From contig CAXIUT010000138.1 of the NCBI GenBank assembly GCA_964035545.1, positions 1 to 47,175 of the forward strand: 47,175 nucleotides of DNA, in the 5' to 3' direction. Source of the DNA: Bugula neritina. Taxonomy: Eukaryota; Animalia; Bryozoa. Positions within the stretch are counted from its first letter, which is position 1. Every line of letters begins with the position of its first letter. Shown one piece after another: positions 1-12,177 of this stretch. The translations under genes and the position numbers were made by a program. The notes beneath the pieces were generated by a model. The model did no database searches. It was not told where the DNA came from and saw only the letters and a list, made by a program, of their open reading frames with translations.

Positions 1-134
1 CCCAACCCAACCCCAACCCAACCCCAACCCAACCCCAACCCCAACCCCAACCCCCCCAACCCCAACCCCAACCCCAACCCCAACCCCAACCCCAACCCCA
101 ACCCCAACCCCAACCCCAACCCCAACCCAACCCC
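1..134 (+). repeat. Left telomere, (CCCCAA)n
   Basis: Terminal C4A2 hexamer array (Tetrahymena-type repeat) at the 5' end of the window. Confidence 0.97.
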
Positions 135-457
135 ATGATGTTATATTAAGATATTAATAGTTATATTTATGATTATTAAATTCAAATAAATAAGGCAAAA
201 TAATAAACCAATAAAATAATATTTTTTCTTCATTTCTATGATAGCCATCACTTCACCTAGCTCATTTTTAAAAATATTTAATAATATTTTAATCAGCTCT
301 ATTTTAAATTTTATTCACTAAAAACAGCTGATCATAAAGAGCATTAAATCTTAATACTGTTTTATTTTTACTTTGAGATTATTTGTAGATCATTTTCTGA
401 TGTCTATTGAAGAGTGGAAGGTTAATGACGTCATGTTTTATTGTATAACTCCAAAAT

Positions 458-1319
458 ATGAGGTTACAACTATGCACATTTAAATGTCGGGATTTGTAGT
501 AATTTTATGTCCTTTGAAGAGGTTTCCCTCAAACAATCACCAGATCATGTTAGTAAAGACCGTGTTTCAGTTCAAACTGTCGCTTCTCTTCTGAATAACG
601 CATTTCATCTCCTCCCACCACCCATCCACTTCCTTCTTCTTCCAATTTTAGACTAGAACTCTTCTAAAAAGATATCTAAACCACTTAAATATCTCAAAAG
701 GTACATCAAAGAGCAGTTTCATGGATGATAACTATCTGTTGGTCAAAAAGTTTGAATCAGGAAAGTTTATGGCTAACTCTTCTGTTATATTATTCCTACA
801 AGTCCAAAAGAAAACTACCCAAGTAATAGTTATAGTTAACATGTACTTATTATTTTATCATAGTGTTAACATGTTTATCGCTTTCTTTAAAAATGACTAG
901 CAGCAAAAACTATTCAACAAAAGAATTATCAGCGTTATCAAGTCGATCAGTGACTCCCTCTGATATCGTAGAAAGATAGGAGATGGTATTATAAATGGTA
1001 GGTTATAATTTAGTTATACCTCATACTTTAGAAAAATTGTTCACTAGAGAAAAACTTGATAAATAAAAAATTAATTAAATAATGCTAGTTAGCGAACTCA
1101 TGATGTCAAAGATTGTAAAGTGTTTCTGGAAATGGATAAATTAGACTTGATTATTCTTTTTTGAGAAAAGATTAGAAGGAGATAGAAGATAATAGTTAGT
1201 AGATTAGCAAATTTAAAGAAGAAATAAAGAAGATGGTAGGATTGAAGTAATGTGCAATCGTATTAAATAAATATTCATCTAAGTTGGATATTGAACACTT
1301 TAAGAAAAGTTTTCTATGA
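458..1319 (+). CDS. Cyclin N-terminal (cyclin box) domain protein
   Basis: With TAR=Glu: RAVSWMITICWSKSLNQESLWLTLLLY...LPKEELEL..LTCLSLSLKM...TPSDIVEREEMVLEMVGYNL matches the cyclin box. Needs about 21-nt introns; start and 3' frame uncertain. Confidence 0.7.
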
Positions 1320-1527
1320 TCTGTATTTAATTTATACAATATTATTTTACCTTATTATGTTCTTTTACATCAATACAGTTAGATAATAAAAAAAGACTAT
1401 TTAAAGTAAAAATCATCTATTCACAATAATCAAAAATATTTATGAAAAAGTTACCATTAAAAATGTTATGATGAATCATATTTCCTTGATAACTATCATA
1501 ATAATTAAATATCAAACTATATATTCT

Positions 1528-2823
1528 ATGAAGACAGTCCAACAGCTTCAATAGTAAATCTATTAGCAAGCATCTAGTTCAGGCTACTTCAGAAACATGC
1601 AAGCCCAGCTAAAAACCTACGTCTTCGATGTACTCCTCCTAAAACACAGCTAATATAAAAGTAATATGGATCAAACAAAAAACATTTTCAATACTAACAT
1701 CCTCTTCTTCAAAACTAAAACAATATCCATTAAGTACCATCTATACTATCAAAGCATCACTATGCATGGATCTAATTCAATAATTTTTATAAAGTTTCAA
1801 ATTCAAACATACTCTAAACGTTTTCAAAAAAGAAACCAATAGAATTTTAATATATCAAGAAGACATCTCTCATAACAATTCAAAATATAAATAAAAAATC
1901 CATAACAACAATCAGTTCTTATCAGCATGGTCACTCAAATGGTATCAGGAGAAGTAGGAAATGTCAGATAACCCATGCACAACAACTTTGTCAAACAAGA
2001 CCTTCACAAAGAACTAACTATATTATGAACTAAAATCAAAAAACCATGAATAATACACAACCAACTGCCAAAACTAATATCTCACAACATGATAACAGTA
2101 AATCTTTTAACCAGAGTTCATCTATCAATCAAAGTTCATCTATCAATCAAAATTCATCTATCAATCAAAGTTCTAGTTAACTAAAGAGTTCAATAAGTCA
2201 GCCATCAAAAAACGATTCTTCTTCTAATAATATTTCATCATCTAATGCTCAAGCTAATAGTAGTGCAAATGCTCAGGCTAGTAGTATATCAAATGAGATA
2301 AGCGGTAGTTCTAGTGAAGTCAAGCCATAGAAGTAATAGAAGAAAGGAAAAGACGGTAAATAAGATAAAAAAAAGAAAAAAGTATAAAAATAAAAACCTC
2401 CATAAGGTGCTTCTGACTTACTTGGAGATGTGATGTAAAAATTTAAAGGAATAACTAAAGTGAATAAATAATAATAAAAGAAAAATGTCTTTGAATCAAA
2501 AAGAGCCTTTTCTTAATAAAATAAAAAAAAGTAGTAGATCCTTCATAATCAGGCGCAAAATAAGAGGAATATCTGCTGGTAAAGCTATGAGTTCAATGAT
2601 GAGTAAATTTATGCCACAGACAGCCCAACCTAAAAATTAAAGTTTTATTGATGAAGAAATAGATTAATTTCAAATATCAAAAGATTCTACAAGAAGAAAT
2701 CCTCTTTTTTCATCAAATTAATCAGGATTCGATAAAAGTGGCTTCGACTACAGTGTAGATTCCAATTCAATCGATCAATATTAATACAGCTAAAGAGCCA
2801 GAAAAGTTTTTAAGAAACCTTGA
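1528..2823 (+). CDS. CEP43: FOP/CEP43 (FGFR1OP)-like basal-body protein with LisH motif
   Basis: N-term QEEIYEQASSSGYFRNMQAQLKTYVF, LisH-like MDLIQEFLESFKFKHTLNVFKKET, C-term DYSVDSNSIDQYEYSE. 20-nt intron 1630-1649; several homopolymer frameshifts. Confidence 0.65.
2113..2172 (+). repeat. 18-bp coding tandem repeat x3 (SSSINQ-like)
   Basis: agttcatctatcaatcaa repeated three times with one substitution. Confidence 0.85.
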
Positions 2824-2940
2824 TTGTTTTCTTTATCAATAGTTTATTTTAAAAATAACTTGAATAAACACTGATATTAAGTGATGATAATAGCCTAAAC
2901 GAGATAATTTAAAATAATAACCTGTAATAATTTTATAACA

Positions 2941-4068
2941 ATGTTTGCTCTTCGTCGCTTATCTACTCGATCTTTAACCTTCCGTCCTCGATATGGTCTT
3001 CTAGATCATAAAGAAATCTAAGATCTTAAGAAATAACTCTTCGCTGATGGCAAAACATGGCGTCTTAAATTAAAATTTTTATGGAGATAAACTAAATATA
3101 CAATAGTGCAAGGATCAAAAGATCTATGGGATGATTTGAAATGGTTAATTAATCTCTATAGAAAAAAACAAAGACAATACTTCACAGGATTTTAAATCGC
3201 ATAAAGCAGAAGAATAAAAATAGATTTATTCAAATTTGTTCCATATTCAATTCTTTTAGCAATACCGTTAGCATAAGCAGCAATACCAGCTGTAGTATGG
3301 CTCTTTCCTAACGCAATACCCTCCTTTTATTTATTCGATACTGCCTAAGATAGAAGAATATAAAAGATAGAACAGAATCAATTTGATAGCCATCAATTTT
3401 TAATATAAAAGCTAATAGAAGTTATGGGTAGAAGTTTCAAATTACCACCTTATGCATTTTCAAGATACTAATTTTTCAAAGAAGATTACTTCTAAATTAT
3501 TGACTAATTAGATCAACATCTTAACTACTAAAATTTCAATTCTGATTAACTTATTAAAGTGCTATAGTTTATGGGAGGTACATTTATGACTGGAACTGCT
3601 GCTCTAAATAAAGTTATCAACCTCTTTACTCTTAGTATTCCTAGATTATGTATTAAATTATCAAGATATGTCATTAGTCGACTCTTTAAAGTTCAATTTC
3701 AACCATATCAAGATCCATTTTTCATTGGCGGAGATTTCAGAATATTCCAACTGAATTATTTTCCTTTTGAAGAACTAAAAAGAGCCTTTCTCAAATGGCA
3801 AATAAATCGTAGATTTAGACAGATGTGGGAAGAAGATCGTGCTTTTGAACATTTTGGACTTGATGATGTGATAGGAAAGAAAGTTAAAGATTTGGCTCGC
3901 TAGAGAGGATTAGCAGCTTTAAGTTGTTATTAGACATTAAGAAATGTAGTTAAAAACGATTGGGTCAAATTTACTACCCATCCAAAATTTCACAATAACA
4001 ATGTCAAGTTGTGGTATAGTGTTATGCTCTATCACTTTTTGAAATAATCAAGTAGAGATATCAACTGA
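2941..4068 (+). CDS. LETM1: LETM1/Mdm38-family mitochondrial inner-membrane protein
   Basis: Uninterrupted 375-aa ORF in code 30; presequence-like MFALRRLSTRSL; DLFKFVPYSILLAIPLAEAAIPAVVWLFPNAIPSFY motif. Confidence 0.85.
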
Positions 4069-4077
4069 TTCTATTCA

Positions 4078-4170
4078 CCCAACCCCAACCCCAACCCCAA
4101 CCCCAACCCCAACCCCAACCCCAACCCCAACCCCAACCCCAACCCCAACCCCAACCCCAACCCCAACCCC
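4078..4170 (+). repeat. Internal telomeric tract (CCCCAA)n #1
   Basis: About 93 bp of perfect C4A2, 9 bp after the LETM1 stop. Confidence 0.97.
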
Positions 4171-4450
4171 TTGTTACTAAAATATCTTTAAAAAAATTAT
4201 TATCGTTGATAGATGTCATTGATATCATTTTATCCTTTAATTTTTATCTAAAGTATGAATATTTTAGATTATTCATCATGAAAAGTCTTTCCTATTTTAC
4301 CGATTTTACTATTTATCTTTGACAAGATCATAGTCATTTCTTTATTATCGAGAAATAAATGCTTAGTTATTCATCTTGTTGCTTTTCTAAAGATAAATAT
4401 CGACTTTTTGTTTTAGATGTTACATCCAAATAAGCAAATTAGAATTCGCT

Positions 4451-4551
4451 CCCAACCCCAACCCCAACCCCAACCCCAACCCCAACCCCAACCCCAACCC
4501 CAACCCCAACCCCAACCCCAACCCCAACCCCAACCCCAACCCCAACCCCAA
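4451..4551 (+). repeat. Internal telomeric tract (CCCCAA)n #2
   Basis: About 100 bp of perfect C4A2. Confidence 0.97.
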
Positions 4552-5220
4552 AGTTTTGATTATTATAATAATAAATAAGATGATAATTAACTTAATATCA
4601 GATAAAAAATCTAAATATATCAAATTTATAAAATATTTATACGTTATTCATTAAATAATTCTTTATCAAAGTCTTGATACTTTTTCTTTTTTTTAACTAA
4701 AAAGTATAGATAGTTGAGATGAAGGAATACTAGAGTTTCCTGATACTCGATCTCACACCTAATATTCTTATTTATTTATACTCATGATATTTTTTCAGAA
4801 TAAGATATTTTATCATTCAAACTTCTTGAAAAAACATTTAAAGAAGTTACTCAACCTCATCTGTTTCAGATCACTAAGAGCATATTGACTTTTATCCTCA
4901 TTATTTCTTGATGATGCTCTCGATAGAAATGACTATTAGTAGAGTTGATCATGGTTATGTTAGTTTGTTTGTGTGTAGGAGGGTGGGCGTAGTTTATTAA
5001 GTTGATGTAATTAGCCTATGTTGCATATAATAATATAATTAAATATAAATATAAATAAGTCCAAATAGTTGATTTGTTTAGATTTGTGGCTAGCTGGAGT
5101 TGTTTATTGATATGTAGGGAGTGTTATATAGAAAGAGTTTGTTAGTTAAAGTATTGATAAATATAATATTCATATTAATTTTTAGTTAGAGTATCACTCA
5201 TATTTTTTTTTGTTAACTTA

Positions 5221-6647
5221 ATGAAACTCCGTCATAAAAAACCGTTAAATCCTTACAAAGGACAAGCCAACAACGACAAAAACGTATTCTTTATTCTTAA
5301 TTAAGGAATTTAATGATGATGACTTCAGACAACAGATTTCACCTCTTAAAAAGGTAAGAAAAGTATCAATCTAGAATGGAATACCCACTAATGATCAAGT
5401 TTTCAAATATGCACGAATTTTAAGTAAATTCGTCAAAGTCATCAATTAAGGTATCTCCTTCCTCACTCAGACTACCGACAAGCCGAACCTCTCTCCCCAG
5501 AACAACTCCTAGCCAGACTCAAAGACAGGAGCGAATCCAAAGAAAATGCTTAAATGGATGTTGAAGAAGAAGTTCTTCTCCAAGGAACATAAGAGGCTTA
5601 ATTAACAAAATAAATACAGGCAGTTTAAATCAAAAATTAACTACCTTCTGATAAAAAAGAACAAAAATCAGCCACCAAAAGAAATTTAACTCCTTCCACC
5701 TCTACTCAAAAGAAACTAAACCCCCAACTACTCTTAATAGCTCTAAGAATCAGTTTCCTCAAACTTTATCGAATAATGTTTCAGGTTCTAAAATTTAAAC
5801 TAAAAATAAAGATCCATTGAAAACACCCATCGAAAAACAAGACCCTCCCACACCCACTCCCCCAGATAAAACCTCCAACTATCGAACCCACAGATAAAAC
5901 TACCGCTCCTAGCCAACTGGGAAACGGCAACCTGTTCGGTCTCAACATGAACTCACAGATGAATCTTGGCAACTACTTGAATCTACCTCCTGGAGTGACT
6001 CCAAATATGCCTCAGAACATGCCAAACAATCTACCTCAGAACATACCAAACAATCTACCTCAAGGCATGTCTTCACCACCAAATATGATAAGAATGATGA
6101 ATTCAAACCAGATGATGGAATGATGAATATGAACGGACTAACTATGAGTCAACTAGAAATGCCTAATGAAGTATAATCCTAATATGCTGTACAACGGAGG
6201 AGGGTTTCCAATGAATATGAATATGAACATGAATATGATGGGATCACCTATTATAAACAATCCCAACATGATGTTCAGGACAAACAATGTCAACCTCAAC
6301 CAGCCATTTAGTGTTAATCAAATGCATCCTACGAATAATCTAAATCAACCTCCTAAAGTATTTGCTAATCTTTTCAATGATCAGCTGACTACTTTCAAAT
6401 CTAGTGGATAAAATAAAGGTTCAGATATAAAGGCAGTTTATCCTTTAAAAAGATCAGCATATCATGTGGCTATAGCTTATAAAATATATCTAGATCGCAT
6501 GAAAAAACAAGGTAAAAGTTTTTAGACTCTTGATGATATTGATCCAACTAAAAGTGCAGAAAAGTTAAAAATAATCAACAAGGAAAATCAGCAAAAGGTG
6601 CTTCTTCTACTAAGAAAAAGTGATATTTTGTTTGCATCTTTATTTTG
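5221..6647 (+). CDS. Hypothetical protein with M/N/P-rich low-complexity region
   Basis: Long TGA-free frames; introns gtattc...ttaag and gtatct...ctcag; PNMPQNMPNNLPQ repeats; C-terminal KRSAYHVAIAYKIYLDR segment; frameshifts make the end approximate. Confidence 0.6.
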
Positions 6648-6759
6648 AATTTATCATCCTAGTAATCAATAAATAAATAACATGATCCTCAAGTACTTTA
6701 TCAATATCCGATAGTTCTAAAATAACTAACTTAGTATTTATATTTACCTTTAAATATAA

Positions 6760-7494
6760 ATGAAGAGCCCATAAATATCACCATGGTCAATATATCGCCC
6801 TCAAGCAGACCATCCTCTAATTTAATAATCAGATCTTAATCCTACAAATCATATACAATTGCCCAAAATTAAAAGACATTTTACTATAGTCAATAGAGAT
6901 GTATTAGATAGTTCTGGTAAAGTCAAGAGAAAAAGTAAATAAAAATAATAAATATCGAAAACATAAGAATTAAAAAGATAACTTAGTTAAGTTTAAAAAA
7001 TAGAATAATATTTCAAAAAATAAAGATAAAAATTGTCCATTTTGGTTCTTGTTCATCAAAAATTAAAAGAAAAAGAATAACAACCTTTTGAACAATAATA
7101 ATAACAGTAATAACAAACACAATAGTCTCATCCTATACAGAGAATCTGTTACAATAAAAATAAAAGCAACATTCTTCCCAATCGTAAACTCCCTCTTCTT
7201 CGTGATTAATAACTAACAAACTCTCAACAAAGTACTTCATAATTAGCCAACTCACAAATCAGTACTTCACAACTAGGTTATATTGATTTGAATCTTTCAT
7301 ACAATTCAGTGGAATAAATCGATCAAAAAATACTAAAAAAGAAAATATAAGTTATGATAAGTCAGAAAATGAAAGCTCGCAAAAGAAAAAGATTTTTTAG
7401 CAAGAAACATGCATCCGCTCATTTAAAATTATGAATTGAATCATTTATTTATGATATTTTGTGTTTTTCAATAACCTTTACATTCATATTCTTG
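6760..7494 (+). CDS. Hypothetical basic protein
   Basis: ATG at 6760 and long TGA-free coding-like frames with at least one shift; no recognisable domain. Confidence 0.35.
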
Positions 7495-7639
7495 ATACTT
7501 ACTTTTATCTTTTCAGTTCTTTTCTTTTATATCTCTGAGATAATAAATCTCCATCATAAATTGTCAGTTAGTAATAATTCTATTTACCATTATTAAATAA
7601 TAAATCCTACCATCAACAGATTTTAGTCATAATTCTTAC

Positions 7640-8638
7640 ATGAATAAATCTGAACTAGCACTGTTGGCACTTCTCGCCATAGCAACCATTTCACTCTACA
7701 ACCTCCAATCCTCCACCCAAACTTCAAATAATCAAGAATTTGAACTTTGGAAAGCCAAACATGGCAAAAATTATGAAAGATCTGAATAAGCCTATAGAAT
7801 CAAAGTTTGGATTGAAAACTTTGCTTACGTTACCAGCCACAACATGAGATTCTAACAAGGACTTGAAACCTACAACCTTGAAATGAACGAATTTGCTGAC
7901 TTACCTTCAACATAGTTTGCTGCCAGATATCTCATCTAATTCCCATAACAAGCCACAACTAAATGCACTGGAAAAGCATCTAAAATCAATGCCCCTGATT
8001 CAGCTGATTGGAGCACTAAAGGCGCTGTAACTGATATCAAGAACCAAGGTCAATGCGGTTCATGCTGGGCTTTCTCAACTACAGGTTCAATGGAAGGAGT
8101 TCACTTCCTAAAAGAAGGAAAACTACTTTCTTTCTCAGAACAACAATTAGTTGACTGCTCAAAATCCTATGGAAACCACGGATGTCAAGGAGGTCTCATG
8201 AATATGTCATTCTGGTACGTTAGAGATCACGGAATTACCACTGAAGATAAATACCCTTATAGAGGAGTCAATGGACAATGCCACTATGATGACAAGGATG
8301 CTGTTTGGAAAATTAGCGACTGTGTCTAAGTAGCTGTTGATAAATAAGATGCCCTCGTTTCTGCTATCGCTGTTAACCCCGTTTCAGTTGCCATTCAAGC
8401 CAACCATATCTCTTTCCAACTCTATAAGAGCGGAATTTACAGTGGAAACTGTGGAACAAAGTTGGATCATGGTGTACTTGCTGTTGGTTATGGTGCTGAA
8501 GGAGATAAGAAGTATTATAAGGTGAAGAACTCATGGGGAGCAGGATGGGGAACTCAAGGATATATTAAGATTGAAAGAAACGGAGATGGAAAAGGAAAAT
8601 GTGGTATTCAAATGGCTGCTTCATATCCTCTTGCATGA
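7640..8638 (+). CDS. Papain-family (C1A) cysteine protease, cathepsin L-like
   Basis: 332-aa intronless ORF: signal peptide, ERFNIN/GNFD-type prodomain (NEFADL), [22 protein letters not shown]. Confidence 0.96.
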
Positions 8639-9044
8639 TCTTCATCATTCAAATATCATAAATCAATAGTAAATAATTATTATTGGGTTAAATCAGTTAA
8701 ATAACTTTCAAGTAGTTTTAACAAAGATAAAATTAGAAATTAATACTAAGATTATGAATGATATTATCAAAATTGATTGAAAAAACAAAAACAATTTAAT
8801 ATTAAATTTTGTTAACTATTTAAAGAAATAAAGGAACATCTAAAAGTCTATAATATAAAATACAAAATGACTTTATTTGATTTTTATCTGATCAAAGCAA
8901 TCAAAACATTTAATATCTTTCTTTAAAGTTCTTTTTTTTTCTTTTCTTTTTATGAATAAATTATTGATAATATTGATGCTAGTGATTATAAACTTGACTT
9001 GCATTAAAGAATAAATAATAATTGACTTAAAGATGGATAGTTAT

Positions 9045-9125
9045 GATATTGTGGCCGAGCGGTTAAGGCGATGGACTTGAAATCCATTGGGTTTTCCCGC
9101 GCAGGTTCGAATCCTGCCAATATCG
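9045..9125 (+). tRNA. trnS-UGA: tRNA-Ser, anticodon UGA
   Basis: Acceptor stem GATATTG/CAATATC, D-loop TGGCCGAGCGGTTAAGG, anticodon loop CTTGAAA, long variable arm, GGTTCGAATCC T-arm, discriminator G, followed by a TTTTT Pol III terminator. Confidence 0.95.
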
Positions 9126-9172
9126 TTTTTGTACTAATCATCCATAACTTTACATACTATATCAATAAAACA

Positions 9173-9544
9173 TCATAACTTCAACTAACAATGCTACTTC
9201 TTTATATAATTTACTATCTTCATCTTCTGCTTACACCCACTACTCTCCCTATAATATATATGCTGAAAAGCAGGAACCTTCACTTTCACTTTCGCCTTCA
9301 CTTACGGCCTATTACGTCTAAATTGTGGCAAAGATAGAACCCTTTCCTTTCGATTCTATTTTTCTGATCTATCTACTCCTTTTATATGAGCAAAGAAGTT
9401 CGGAGGCAGTTTATTATAGAAGCTAAGTTTAATTCTCGATGGAGATAAACTAGGGAATCTACTAAAAAGTTTAGAATGAGTTGACTGACTTCTCTAGAGA
9501 GGTTGCCGACGAATTAAAGATGCCTAAGGAGCTGTATTAGTCAT
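9173..9544 (-). CDS. Hypothetical 123-aa basic protein
   Basis: Intact ATG-to-TGA ORF in code 30 (MTNTAPEASLIRRQ...), convergent on the tRNA. Confidence 0.45.
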
Positions 9545-9742
9545 TTCAAAGGGAAGAAGATTAATATTCTATAATAAAGAAACATTATTTAATTATTAAT
9601 ACAAATTCATCAGTTATTTATAAAATACTAGATATAAAATTATCAATATTGTCGCTTCGTTTTGTAAAAGAAAAATATTAATTAGGAAAGTATTTTTCAA
9701 TAATTCACAACCACCGTTTCTTTATATTTTTATTGGTAGCAT

Positions 9743-10256
9743 ATGGACCCAAGACCTTTTCACTTCGATTATCGCACTCCTCGTCTCCACAACCCGACTT
9801 AGTATCCTATTATCTATTCAGTCTCTCAAAATAACTTTTCGATAGAGTTCAACAGAAGTAGACTCCAACCTAAATGACAAAGTCATCTTCGAATAACCCT
9901 TAGCTGTAAGTTATGTTGAATTCAGTAAAAGAGCCATTTCAACAGACCTCGATTCTAAGAAAAGCCTTCCTTTTAGTCTTCCTTATTCCCGTTATAAGTC
10001 AAAAGACAACTTTCAGTCGAATAAACGTAGACCTTCAATAACATAGTTAACAACTCGATGGCTAGCTATGGTCAAAACCTTCTTCGAAGCGAAAGTTAAA
10101 AAGGCAATGAAAGGAAGATAAGATAAGAGTAAGATGTTTACAAAAGACAGCAAAGAAGGTTTAATATCATAAGTTGTTGGCCTGGAGTAGTGCAACCAAC
10201 TCTCCATCAATTTCCTAAACTAACTCTTGAAGATAAACTTTTGGAAAGAGATTTGA
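9743..10256 (+). CDS. Truncated paralog of the 27720-28878 gene (hypothetical; possibly a pseudogene)
   Basis: Near-identical to 27720-28215, including two 20-nt introns (9802-9821, 9906-9925); stops just after the homology ends. Confidence 0.6.
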
Positions 10257-10369
10257 CAACTGGGACTAGCTTGGAATGAGTTTTGATGATGATTTTTAAT
10301 TATCTGAATCTTTCAATATTGAAATATATATCTATTTTAATAAGAAAGTAATGAATCATTTTTAGAAAC

Positions 10370-11494
10370 TCATACTAAACTCTCTACCTATGTCACTTGC
10401 CATCCAGAATTAACTCCTTTGTTTTTAGACTACCAGTTTATTTTAGAACTTTTCAATAAACTTTAAATATAAGCTAACTTATTTCTATACCCTCTTGACA
10501 ACAAAAAATCTTGATGATGAACTATCCTTAAAGGTATACTTTCATTAACTATCAAATTCCTAATTATTTACTTTCCTTTTAACTTGCCTGTCAAAGTATA
10601 ATGATAGCTACCATTTACTTCAAGAATAATCTTTCTTATTTATCCTTCTACTTCTTTCTCAACTACAAAGTCAACCTTATATCCGTTAACTATCATCTAT
10701 CTAGTCATTTTATATTCTAAAACTTAGAGGAATGATTCAACATCAACTTCAAGAACAGATCTTTTTCTTTGAGAATCTTCTGGGCTAGGTTTTATTTTAT
10801 TAAGAGCTGGATTTATAAGAAGCTAAAAGTAATGAACCAAAGAAGAGAATTACTCTTTGAATTAGCCTTTATAAGAAGAAAAAGATAAGCATTGATACAA
10901 AACCTCAAGAAGTTGATTTTTACTTTGTTTTAATTTTAATTTATTGATAAAGGAAAGATCTTTATGTTGAATAAGTTGTCCATAGAGATAGACAATTAAC
11001 CTATCAATATTAATATCTTAGATCTTACTTGACTTAATTTACATTTAAACACTTTTTTTGAACAAATCGAACACTTTGTTCTATCTAAAAGATATCAAAG
11101 CATAAGCTGCTTTTAACTTATCATGCTAACTAAGTTTTTAGTAGTTTATTTCTAAATTTTTATCAACTAAACTAGAAGTAATAATATTGCATAATCTATT
11201 TTGAGTATTATTCTTGATAAAAGTTATGATTTGACTAAATTTTTATGTCTGTAAGTATTATTTAATGATTCTTTCTTACTAATTTTTCAATTTTTAGTGA
11301 GGTTTTTTCAGAGATGTATTATGCTTTATCAAATACTTTTAGTACTGATTCAACTAGTCCTCCATTGAAGAACTATTTTCTTTTATCAATGAAAAATGTT
11401 TTGTTAAATTTGTGGTCATAAATGAATAATTTTACAGTAGATGGGCGACTGATTTAGAGTTGAAGATGTTTTTGATAATTAATGAATTTATCAT
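10370..11494 (-). CDS. RAP-domain protein (FASTK/RAP family, probable organellar RNA processing)
   Basis: C-term SVLEVDVESFL...EMIVNGYKVDFVV...IILEVNGSYHY...LKGKEIIRN...LRIVHHQDF fits the RAP domain; N-terminal frame uncertain. Confidence 0.7.
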
Positions 11495-11497
11495 AAT

Positions 11498-11543
11498 TAA
11501 TTATTAATAGAAATATTGATTAATTATTAATAGAAATATTGAT
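11498..11543 (+). repeat. Perfect 23-bp direct tandem duplication just upstream of the RAP gene
   Basis: taattattaatagaaatattgat x2. Confidence 0.85.
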
Positions 11544-12177
11544 GATTATTTATTCTAATTTAGATCTTGATAATTTAAAACCTTTGTTTAAAACTTAATT
11601 ATAAACTAAATCAACTTTTGCTTTATTATTACTTTTATATCAAATCATCAGACTAAGATAAATAAATGACTATGTTCTGACTTGTACATTTAATCAAGGC
11701 TTTTTGTTTATCTGTTGCTGAAGATTGATTGTTGTTTCTTTAGTTTGTTTAGTTCGACTTAGTGTTTATGATAAAAGTTTTTGATAGAGTAGGTTTTCAT
11801 CTTTATTCTTCCTATCAAAATATAGTTCAATGAATCGATATGATAGTGATAGAATGAAATATTCACTTCTGTGCCCTTCTTGGGGAAATGGTATAAAAAT
11901 ACAAAAATAAATCAAATTAAAAATGGTTGACTGAGTGACTGATTGATTTAACATCTGAACATATTTATCTATATTATTCAATATTATCAATTATTGAACA
12001 TTTGTCAACTTTATTTGAGTTTTTGCAGTCAGATTTAATGACTCTTTTATTTGAATATAAGAAATATCAAACAACTTTCTTGTTTTTATTGTATAGTGGA
12101 CTAAGTCTCATAAGACTATTTATTGATGATTTTTCGATTTTAAGTTTATTAATTACTCAAATTAGTTCATAATTTAA

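Noticed and set aside
45-134. C3/C6/C7 variant telomere repeats as telomerase infidelity
   Set aside because: Indistinguishable from homopolymer sequencing error.
700-1110. Reading TGA as Trp (stopless or ambiguous code)
   Set aside because: The real cyclin frame here does not need it; conserved Trp positions elsewhere use TGG and genes end in TGA.
4420-4623. [14 protein letters not shown] and GWGW ORFs (also 16762-17017)
   Set aside because: They are translations of telomeric hexamer repeats, not proteins.
4552-5220. Possible genes in 4552-5220 and 29630-30330
   Set aside because: Composition is partly coding-like, but no consistent frame or recognisable motif could be established.
9074-9084. 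tRNA with TGA in the anticodon loop as a UGA-stop suppressor or Sec tRNA
   Set aside because: Anticodon UGA decodes UCA (Ser); the structure is an ordinary tRNA-Ser. No UAR-decoding tRNA-Glu lies in this window.
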